A stretch of DNA of 64,000 nucleotides from Takakia lepidozioides. Its lineage: Eukaryota > Plantae > Bryophyta. Of this stretch, positions 54,440 to 64,000 are shown piece by piece. The stretch covers positions 31,930,001 to 31,994,000 of the forward strand of contig CM060734.1 in NCBI GenBank assembly GCA_030704615.1, read 5' to 3'. The notes below the pieces were generated by a model, which worked only from the letters and a program-made list of their open reading frames with translations, searched no databases and had not been told where the DNA came from. Within the stretch, counting starts at the first letter, position 1, and every line of letters starts with the position of its first letter. The position numbers were made by a program, and so were the translations under genes.

Positions 54440-55385
54440 TAATCCAGGTCAGCAATTGAGATCCATTGCTTGCCCCAACACCTGACGACGTGATGCTCAG
54501 AAAAGAGAAGGCACCGCCGTGGTCCCAGTGGAAAAACCCCATAGCCCGCTCTCGCTCGTCGGCATTAGGCTCCACTAACTGCGCAACTGAGCATCCCACA
54601 GGAGGCCAGGGCCACCATCTGAAAAGCATGGGAAGCTGAGCTATGTAGGTAATGCTGCTCGTGGTTGACCCATCCTGTTGACCACTGCCAAAGGCGAACG
54701 GTCATCGTGTCTCACACGTTGAGACTGCCTCCCTGTGTCCAAAATGCCATCCATGGTGAGGTGTGCTGGCCGTTGCACCCATCAAATGCACGCTTGAGTA
54801 GTGCGGGTGACATCAAGTTAGTCCACCAAAGCCGTGGACGATGAGCCCGTGACCCCACTGGCAGCTGCATCCAGCAAAACACTGCTGTCCCAAGCCACGA
54901 CCGGACTTGAGGCACAGTGGCCATCACCTGGCCCGAGAATCACCCATCAGTGACACATTCTCCAAGATGTATGCTGGGAGAGACAGCTTGATGAAGCTGC
55001 AAATGGCGCAAAATCCGCACCATCTCCCAAAACAGACTCGACCTCGAGTCTCGCAATCCATTGCCATGCTTGGCTGATGAATGCTCTTGGCAGGGCCAAC
55101 CTGCCACGACCAGATCAATGGAGCCAACCTGCTCAAATCCTGCGCCCAGCAGCAAGGAAATGTCTGTTGGCAAGGCTTGTTGGTATCCACGAACTGCAGA
55201 CACCGGCAACAACAACTCAGGTACTGCTGTACCAACTGAGCAACATGGCGCAGTGAGATGCGTCGTGCAGTCTCATCCCTCTCCACATACAGGTAACGCC
55301 TTACCCGCACACCTGCCTGTAGCACAGTAGCCAATCCGGTGCTGATCCCGCCAAACAAGTCCAGAAGGCAAATGCCTTCATCCGG
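54440..55385 (-). pseudogene. Cytosine-C5 DNA methyltransferase domain inside pol, frameshifted
   Basis: Motif I LDLFGGISTG, II YVE, IV AGWPCQ, VI YILENV, VIII HRPRLWWTN, IX ERERAMGF, X LGQAMD, all in canonical order. Confidence 0.9.
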
Positions 55386-55779
55386 ATACTGCCACACAAT
55401 AGGTGTGGTATCCAATGGTGACAACTGAGGTGGTCCTGGTGCAATACCCGCACTCTCCTCCTCTCCTGACGGTACAAAAGCCTCTACCCAGGCTTGTTGC
55501 ACCCGTCGATCAGCAAACCCTGCAAATCCTTGCTCGTACCCCACAATGGAGTGTGAACAACCATGGCAGGCAACTCCGCCATACCATGCATGTCATCCTG
55601 CTCTGCTGGAGGTGGCACATCCTCTGCATGGGCATTGCCTTCCAGCAACTCTCAGGCCAACTAATTGCAGCTGTAAAGGCGGCTAGTGTTGGCATCTTGC
55701 CCCGTTGGCAGCTGCAATACCCCCAATGAATGTCACAGGGAGCTGTGCACGACGACCATCCCCTAACTGCCATCCAGGC

Positions 55780-58340
55780 CTGTAGAATGCTGACTCCTCA
55801 AAGTCAAAAGCCCAGGGGGGTGAAGCCCCAATGGGGTCCAATAACCTGCCCCACCAACGAGGACATCGTAAAGAGACCGTTCTGTCACAATGGCCTTGGC
55901 TCGCATTACTGAGCCATCGATAGGATGATCCGGCTGCAGTCTAATGGCCAACTGATGCCGTGTCATGCCCGAGCCTACTCTGATCCTCCCAGAGATGTCT
56001 GTATCTGGAAAGGACAAGGCTCCATATCCGCCTCCATGAGGCCCAAACCTGCAATAGCAGCTCTGCCCAACATCAGTGGCTGAGCTCCCGAGTCCAACAA
56101 GACCCGCAGTGGTCGGTACTTCTTGTCTGCCGGTCCACTCAAAGAGAAAATGCCATCCTGGTTGTCTAACAAGACAACTCAAGTGTCACCATGGCGCGCT
56201 CAAAGGCTGGCCTAGCTGGCAGCTCCGTCAAACTGGCAGCTGCAGCTTGCCATGGCGTAGCCGTGGCAGTCTTGACCCTCAAATCCGAGGATCCCTCTGC
56301 CACTACACCTTCCTAACTCCGCAGAAGATGAAGTGATATCCCCACTCTCACAGAGTGTTGCTGCTAGTCTGAATACTGCAGCTGGTCTTACCCCCGGCGT
56401 CGCAATCATGGTTGTCGAGAACAGAGGTGGCTGCCCCCAACAACACACCGGCTGCACTAGCCTTGGCAGCAGGTGTCAGTGCTGCACGTGTAGCTCTCCC
56501 AATGGCATAGAAACCTCCGCCTCGGTAACAGTCGGGCGAGAACTAGGTGCCATGGAAGGCGTTGACACTGTCTCTGCCAAGGTGAATGACTGAGGCAACC
56601 TTGCCTGACGGCTTGCCCCCCACGTTGTGGATCCAACTCCACCTCTGCACCTCGTGGCTCAGGAACTCGTGCTGCTCCTTGAGTCACGGCTGCAGCAGAC
56701 TCCACCTGCTCTAGTGGTAGTGCTGCTCCGCACATGAATCCCATGCCTCCCATATCTCCTCCCTCAGGAGCAGGAGGTGGACCATCCCGCCTGGGAGCCG
56801 GTACCGCCTGAGCTGTAGCCATGGCAGCGAGCCTCTGCTCTAGCTGCTGAAGCCGGTGGCCATGCCTTGGTCAACACCCTGACCTCCGCGTCTTGGCCAT
56901 GTTGACTTGCCCTTGGCCTGCACCTCGTGCCCGACCACCTCGTCCTCTCTGGGCTGTCCACCTCGCCTTTGGGCGCAACTCAGGATGCAAGTCATAACAC
57001 TGGGCATCATCTCCATGCCCATACTTGCCACAATGCCCACACTGCAATTGTGCAGGCTGTGTTTGTGCCGGCCTTTTGCCTCTCTCTGGGCAATCTCTCT
57101 TGACATGGGGTCCTCCACATGTACCAATATATCAACCCCTGGTTGCCTTGGCCTGCAAAAGATGCCACGGGCCTCTGCACCTGAGGTCCCCTGTAAGCTC
57201 CATGGAACTTGGGTTTGGAACCCTTGCTCCCCTGACCATGCTGTTTGGCAGTCCGTGTGGCCTGTGGGCTGGGCACTGCACCTCGTGCAGGCATGTCCTT
57301 GCCAAACCCAATGGTAACAACTCGCTCCCTCCACCATGTTGAGCTCAATCCCCGCTCAGCCAGCACAAACACATCTGCTAAGTTGGGTTGGGCTGCTTGT
57401 AACAGGGTTGCATCCCTCACCCTATCTGAGCTCCTTGTCCAAAATTCCATACCAGACTGGATTGCCTGAGCTTCAGTAACCATTGGGTCACACGTATCAA
57501 GCGCCTCATACGAGTGTCGGCCTCTCGCAAGTCTCTCACTTGGTTTGCGCTGGAAGTTTGCAACCGCAGCTTCTCGCGGACAACCCTCTGTCGTACCCCT
57601 TGGTAACTCCTCCGCAACTCCTGGAAGATTCCACCACCCCCGGGTTGAATCTAGGCACATGTGTTGTAGTCGTGGCAGGAGGAGTTAGTAGCACCTTTTG
57701 AACTGGTACCACCTGCAGAAGTAACCGTGCACCGGCACTACTTGTTCACTACTAGTGCTGGCAGTGGGAGATATTGGTACTGCTGCAGAGCCTACTGGTT
57801 GCGTCGTGCCTCGAGTAATGGAGACGTAGTCAGGTGACCAATCACATCCTCCACTCCTCAATCTCTGCTTCATGTCCTCCGCCTGAACTCGTGTAATCAT
57901 CCATAGGCGGGCCTTCAAATGTCTGTTAAAAGTCCCGTCCACGCCATGAATGGGGTGAATAGCTGTGTATTGCGCATCTGCTGCAAATCACCCAGCTGTC
58001 GAACTCCTGGATAAAGTCACCAACTCGATTGTGCCACAGCTCCAGAGTACCTACGAGGCCCCTTGGTAGCTCCATACATCTCCTCCATGTCGTCCACAAC
58101 AATGGCGAATGAAACTGCACATCTGTTGATGACGCCTCTGAGTCTGTTGTCTGACCTGCACTACTTGAGGGTGGAGGTGAAGGTGGTCTGAAACGACCAC
58201 CTCGTCTGGTGAACCCACTCTCACTACTACTGCCTGTAGCCGTACTCCCCCCCTCAAAACCCTTGGGTAACTCCGTGATGACACTAACAACGTGCACCTC
58301 CCCCACGTACACTATATAAGGCTCTAGTACTAATTCTAAT
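55780..58340 (-). pseudogene. gag-like region and aspartic protease of the Gypsy element, frameshifted
   Basis: Protease VLLDSGAQPLMLG (about 56060-56110). Gag-like DFIQEFDSW near 58000. Confidence 0.7.
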
Positions 58341-60329
58341 AGTGACACGGGGTGGGCACCTGTTGCAGTTTAAGGGTCATATCCCAGTGGCTCAGGGCAC
58401 CTGCACCTGCATAACCAACCCGCAAGAACTCCTATGGTTGGCTGGTCATCAACCCATTCTCACCACAGAAGAAACACTGGTGGTCTTGCTGGTCATCACT
58501 CCAGCCTCACCACCGACAACATACTCTAGGATTGACCGGTGATCAAATCCGGCCTAACCCCTATGAAAGCAAGCGCCCACACAAAACCAACATGGCGCAC
58601 AGTCAAGCATGGCAGGTGTTGGGGGGGATCCAAACACAAGAATCAAACATCAACACCCCCCACACCAAATCAAACTGCAATGCTGATCCTGCAATAATAG
58701 CCCAGTCCCAAAACCACCCCGACTGACTGGCCTCCACCAAGAGAGGCTTTGGCACTACAAGTACAAGGTAATGAAAATAAGTACAGAGATGGAGGGTAAG
58801 AATAGAAGCCCCAGAAGCCCGCCAAAGCAAGATCTAATCCTCTAATCCGATCTATGCTATCAAACTGCCAGCCTTCTCTCAAAGTGCCTCGCTCTGCATG
58901 ATGGTAAGGTGTAGGAGGTATATCTATGTCCAGAAAACCTGCCCACTAACCTTGTCCCAAGCGACAGTAGCTCGCTCTAACCAACCTTCCTCCTCTTTCT
59001 GCCAGGTAGAGACAAAGCAACACTCTGCTAGCCTCCTCCCCGCTCACTGAACACTAAAGAAAACAAAGGTAGGGTCTGATAGTCTCTCAACTTCGAAAGC
59101 TTTGAGACTGTTTCGGGTGTCCTCATTGCGAATGACCTGCATCTCCTTCAAACAGAACAAACTTGTCCTCGCTAATGAACCCCCGCTCGTGGTTGCCTTG
59201 TGCAGAGCGTTTCTGGCTGCAACGCTGTATGATTGCCAAACAAACTTGTGTAGCTTCCTGCTCCTCTACTTCCAATACCCCACGGCCTTGTGGCTGAACA
59301 CCTTGTCCCCGGGGCTGTTTTGGCTGTGTTCCAAGCCTAGCTTTCACACCCCTTTGGTATTTCACTTACAGCTGCAGAACTGCTGGCTCCAACAGAGTTC
59401 GGACTGTCCAAAGCAATATTGAGGCCCTCAACGCCAACTACAACATTTTGTTGTCTACTTGCTAGCCTGACTCCCAGTATGCAATCAACTCGTCCAACTG
59501 TTCTCCCTCAAATCAGTCTGAGTTTCCTTGGGAAACATAAATCTTGTCCCTTGGGTGCATAGGCTAAAAGAGACCTGCCCTTCATTACGTCCTCATTTCC
59601 CCCCAAGCCATACAAGGAGTACATCCCCAGATTTATCTCTCATGTAGAACCAAACGGTTTCTAGAAACAGGATTGGGATCTTTCATGGCACATTCACACT
59701 CTAAAAATTCCATAGATTTTTAGCAGAGTCCCAAAAACAAAAACCAGGTCTAGGTAGGTAGATATCCCTTTTTTGCAGCTATCTCCCCAAAAACTGGGTC
59801 AAACAGAGTCCATTTGACAAAGATATGACCATTTGATCAAAGGGTTTTTTTTTTTTTTTTTTTAAAGGTTTTCAAGTTTAAAAATTTAGAGTTACACCCA
59901 AAATATCTGGTAACTGGTTCCTGGTTCCCTAAGTTCTATATGGTTTCCTAGGTTCCCTGGCCACGTGTCTGCTGTTCCCCTCCATTTCATTTGAGTTCAA
60001 CAGCTCACCATGCTTTGGAATCCCAACCGTCTTCCACCACAGACCGTGGTGACGATGGAGGTCGTGGAGCGATTCTTCCCAGTGAACCCTCGAGAGACGA
60101 GTCCTCGAGAGACAAGTCCCCTGCGCACTTGATATACACTCTCTTAATAGAGATCAAAATCAGCAAGGAACAACCATTGACGACACCCAGAGATCAGAGA
60201 CAAGTACTTGCGCAGTTCGGAGGCCACAGCATCCCCTCTGGACACTGGGCGGGGAATAGCTGCTACACAGCAGCTCAGTCTATCCTCAGTTCCTATACCT
60301 ACTAGTTTCCTGCCCCTGCTCCTCCTTCT

Positions 60330-60869
60330 TCACAGCAAATGGCCTAAGATCTGGTGGGAGTTACGTGTATCAGCAGGTGCTGGAGATGCTCGAGATCTAG
60401 AATTGCTGTGAAATGGGCTTCCAGTGCTCGCCCTACGAGGGCTTGGATTGCCTCGTGTGGCTTTCGGAGAAGGGTCTGATAGACCACTCGATATTCTTGA
60501 TGTCTTGATGGCAGAGAGTGAGGAATTCTTCATAACAGCTTGATGCAAGGCACTGTAAGCTGCTGATTCGCTATCCAGTGATGGAAAGAGTGGTGTGGCT
60601 GGGGGTGTCAATAGCCAGTCATAGTCATTCTTGTCTATATCAGAATTGAGCAAGTCGCTCCCCACTCCTTTTCGCTTGATGGGGGGGGCTGCACCTTGGT
60701 ATCAGAGAGAGGCTTCGAGGTCCTGAGTGTTTGGATGCAAGAACTGAGTGTGCTCCCGAGTGCGCATATCCTTGAACAAGGCCAGGTCTTCGTCCTTCTC
60801 CTTCACCATGCTGCCGGTACTGCGCCCGCGGCGGTGCTGTCCAGCAACCGCCCACGTCCCTCTATCCAT
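60330..60869 (-). pseudogene. Captured intronless 5' fragment of a host basic proline-rich (BPP-like, microtubule-associated) gene
   Basis: MDRGTWAVAGQHRRGRSTGSMVKEKDEDLALFKDMRTRE...ASL*YQG...DLLNSDIDKNDYDWLLTPPATPLFPSLD. The hallmark family motifs are in one frame, with one internal stop. Confidence 0.8.
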
Positions 60870-62212
60870 TCTGATGTCCCTGTGTCAGGCGCTCTCCAGC
60901 ATCCTCCGGAAGCCCGTTACTTCGATGACGCCAATCCGCGCATATTGCTGCCTATCTGACTCCATAGAGCACCTGGAGGGAACATGTATCGACACCCATC
61001 CGAAGAAAACCAATGTAGCACCATCAGGACAGGAACCTGAACGCATCTTCACTTTCGAACTGCTTCCAGCGGTCTGCTGCGCCACAAACAAAAAGTGCTG
61101 CTGCAGTTGATGAAAAAAATTGAGCTGGTGGAAGAGGATGTTTGGGTGCAAGAGGTATTGCAACACTGTATAAGCTCAGCTGAGTAAAACCTATCCCTTG
61201 ACCTCCACACTTGGGCAGGCAGTAACCTTCTTCCTTGCCACTCTCACAAGCAGATTGTCAATGTCTGGCACAAGCATAGTACTCCTCCTGTCCGTCTCCA
61301 CCTATGCTATTCAAACCCTTACCTTCTACCGCCTGAAGCCGAACATTTCGTGCATAGCAACAGCACGCTTGCCATCCTTGCAAGCCCAGCTGCTACTTCT
61401 TACACTACTATTAATGCCCACACAAACTGCCATCGGAATATTGGCAGCATTGTGAGACAAGCAGGCCCGCTGCCACATTGCAGTTCCCAAGCTCCACCGC
61501 CACAGCAAGCCAAGGCGACAGACGAGGAATTGGGAAAGGAAATCCGGCACGTGTGAACAATGGCAGAGAGCTGCAGCCTGCTGCTGCTGCAGCTCGCGCA
61601 GACACGAGAGAGAGACTTTGGCTTCTTTGGATCAATTTGGCTTCTTTGGACTTTGGCTCCGAGTGTGTATTGATAGAGGGGGTCACTTGCCACCTACCAC
61701 AATCCCTCCAGAGGGCATGGTGTGTGTGCAGATCTGTATGCTGCCACTCGGCATATCCTCCGCAGGCGGACGACGCCCTTACAGTGGAAGCACACCTCAC
61801 CAATGCCATGCACCGCTTAGCTCCACACTCCTGCGCATTTTCTCCTTTTCTCCGGCAGGTGCAGCAGCAGCACCTCCACCAGAGGAAGCCACCACAACCA
61901 GGGATGACGCCACCCCAAACTGTTTGCACTTCGTGATCCAGCCACTCCCGACTGTTTTGGGTCCGAATCCAAAAGTTTACACGAGTCTCGTCTCCCTCCG
62001 TTCAAGTGAAAGAGAGTAGGGAAGCCAACTATCAAAGTCTTCAACCTCCACACCTCTTGGTTTTCAAACTCACGAGCAGAGACGACAACTAAATCTGCGC
62101 GCACAGCCCATGGAAACAGCAGGGCCAGATGGACTCCCGCCCCAAGATATATATTATAATAATGCTAAAACAAACATTGTATCTAGCTTAGCACCAGCAC
62201 ACTAGATAACGG

Positions 62213-62226
62213 TCATCTCTCTCGAG
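62213..62226 (-). promoter_or_regulatory. Putative self-priming primer-binding site
   Basis: CTCGAGAGAGATGA, directly after the 5' repeat's terminal CA, is complementary to 62431-62418 within the repeat. Confidence 0.7.
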
Positions 62227-62583
62227 TGATAAGAAAAGCTAAAAGGACACACACTCCCAACACAAGAAATATGAAATCCATCGCTATCACTCTTTAAAAC
62301 AGAAGTCGAGCCAGGGGCACCCCAAGCTGTGGGGACTCCACCCCACAACAACCTACACTCCCATCATGAGCACACTCAGTCCTAAACGCATGAAGGAGCT
62401 CGGTCGCGCAGGCTCAACTCGAGAGAGATGAGCTGCGCGACTGCCGCTCTCATGAAGATAAGACGGTTCAGGTGTCAAACTAAACTTGACACCTGACTTA
62501 ACACTTGACCTAAATCCAAGTGTTAAATACAAATAACTAGCTTTATTCTAGTTGTTTTCACACTGTGCTTATTTAACTTGACA
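62227..62583 (-). repeat. 5' terminal repeat A1 (357 bp, TG...CA)
   Basis: Near-identical to 50300-50662 (a 9-bp and small homopolymer indels). Confidence 0.93.
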
Positions 62584-62592
62584 TACCAAGCA

Positions 62593-64000
62593 ATGTCTGG
62601 AACAAGGTCTAGCACTGGGACAGGAAGTTCATCAGGGAAAAAGAAGAAACATGGATCGGAGCGTGATAGCGCTATCAACAGAGACTATTACCCCAGCAAA
62701 GCCGCCGGGGATGTTGTCAAGGAGTTGGTGCTAGCATATTTTATGGAGAAGAGCATGATGTACTTCCAAAGTGCGTATGTCCGGCATGGACACGATGGAT
62801 TTTGCAAGTTTGAACTGCGGATGGAGCAAAAAATCCGGGAAGCTTTGGCCGGGGAGAAGTGGACAGAGGAGAGGGAGAAGCGCAAGTTCGACCAGTGGGT
62901 GGAACATCGAGTGGGCGACATCACATGGAATCTCAAACAGCTTATTGGTTTGATGGTGAAACAAACGACAGCGGTCTGCTGCCGGCTTGGGAGAAGGACT
63001 CGTTTGTGTGAGTTGGCTGGTGGGCGGATTCAGCGAAGGCCCACGGAAAACGCCGCACCAAGTCACTGACACGGAGGCAGCCCGACAGCATTCCTGGAGA
63101 GGGAGCGGCATTGTTGTACCTCAGTTCAAATGCAGTGGTGGAGCAGTTGGATGCACCACGGGAGGGGGGCTTCGGACGAGATCGTAAGGCACGAATTGCG
63201 GGTGATATCCGAATTAATATTAATTGGCAATTGGTGGGGAAAACACCTAAGGAGAAAGATCATCATCTTGCTAGGAGGCAACATTTTGAAGAGGCCATGG
63301 CTATGCGATTCGCACATCATGGGATTATAAAATATATATGTGTTCATCCACGAGACTTGGAGTGTTACACATTGTGGTGGAATGGGGGTTCCCTACTTGA
63401 TGTTTGGAAGAGTGACGAACGATTTGGGAGCCGGGTGGATAACAGGAGCTCACTATTGGCAAAGCATTGGATCGAGCAAGAACAGGAGCAGGTGAACCGT
63501 TTGGTTCGTTACCGCCGCCACCAGAGTAAATTAGCTTGGGCACTATTGAGCATTATGGATAGTGTTCATAAGAACCACGTCATGCACAATGACCTTTCAC
63601 CGAGTAATATTTTGTTGCATTTCCCGGATAGTACCGACCAGGTGTACATCGGGGCGTGTGATTGGGAAATGGCAACCTCCATCGAGGCAGGACACATTTT
63701 CACGAATTTTTTACACATCCCCATAGTTCACAATTTGTCCTCCGGAATAGCATCACATCCATCGGCCGCTTGAATTTTTGGCCTATCGTAAACGTCCCAA
63801 TTGAGGTCCTGTTTCTTCCATTTGGCACCTCTCTATCCTGCGGGGCCTGGTTCGACCGCCTCCCCGAAGATATTTCCATATCTTTTTGAAACTACCAACA
63901 AAATGAAGGAGGAATTGCATCGGTGTTGGTGGGTGGCGCCAGAGATTGCTATGGTCCACGCGGCAACAAACAATTTGGTGGATGACACACCGCGAAGGCC
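62593..64000 (+). pseudogene. Degenerate atypical protein-kinase-like gene (probably transposon-borne), runs off window
   Basis: EGGFG loop, HNDLSPSNILL catalytic loop, CDWEMA (DFG-equivalent), WWVAPE near 63935. Several frameshifts. Confidence 0.7.

Larger units (their letters stand above)
50215..62583 (-). mobile_element. Ty3/Gypsy LTR retrotransposon with DNA-methyltransferase and PHD domains and split terminal repeats
   Basis: Ends TGTC...GACA; TSD TACC (50211-50214 and 62584-62587). Domain order PR-(DNMT)-RT-RH-INT is Gypsy-type. PPT AGGGGGGCG at 50760-50752. Repeat A at 62227-62583 and 50300-50662; repeat B at 50665-50749 and 50215-50299. Confidence 0.92.

Noticed and set aside
60698-60708. 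TGGTATCAGAG resembling a tRNA-Met PBS on the + strand
   Set aside because: It lies inside the BPP coding fragment, is not preceded by an LTR ending in CA, and is opposite to the element's orientation. Treated as coincidence.
50215-62583. DIRS/Ngaro tyrosine-recombinase element, suggested by the split repeats
   Set aside because: It encodes a DDE integrase and protease, has TG...CA ends, a PPT and a TSD. No tyrosine recombinase motifs were seen.

Overview
Eukaryotic nuclear DNA from a land plant. It is probably a non-seed plant such as a bryophyte, inferred from gene content and PLS-type PPR relics; the species cannot be determined. Host genes: a Ca2+-binding (EF-hand) external NAD(P)H dehydrogenase NDB (3' end outside the window), a single-exon SPRISFS/ADELF-motif protein, ALDH6B2, TIM13, proteasome beta subunit PBD, and a multi-exon flavin (amine-oxidase/carotene-desaturase-like) oxidoreductase. 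The rest is transposon-rich: a gag relic, PPR pseudogene fragments, two inverted hAT MITEs each carrying a tRNA-derived SINE-like module, a tandem TRIM array with a tRNA-like sequence in each LTR, two LINE copies (one internally inverted), a CACTA end and a degenerate kinase gene. The highlight is a 12.4-kb Ty3/Gypsy element (50215-62583, minus strand, TACC target-site duplication). It encodes gag-protease-C5 cytosine DNA methyltransferase-RT-RNaseH-integrase-PHD finger, has an apparently self-priming (Tf1-like) PBS, carries a captured host BPP gene fragment, and has split, permuted terminal repeats (A...B-A-B) centred on a palindromic CA-GC-TG site instead of two ordinary LTRs.
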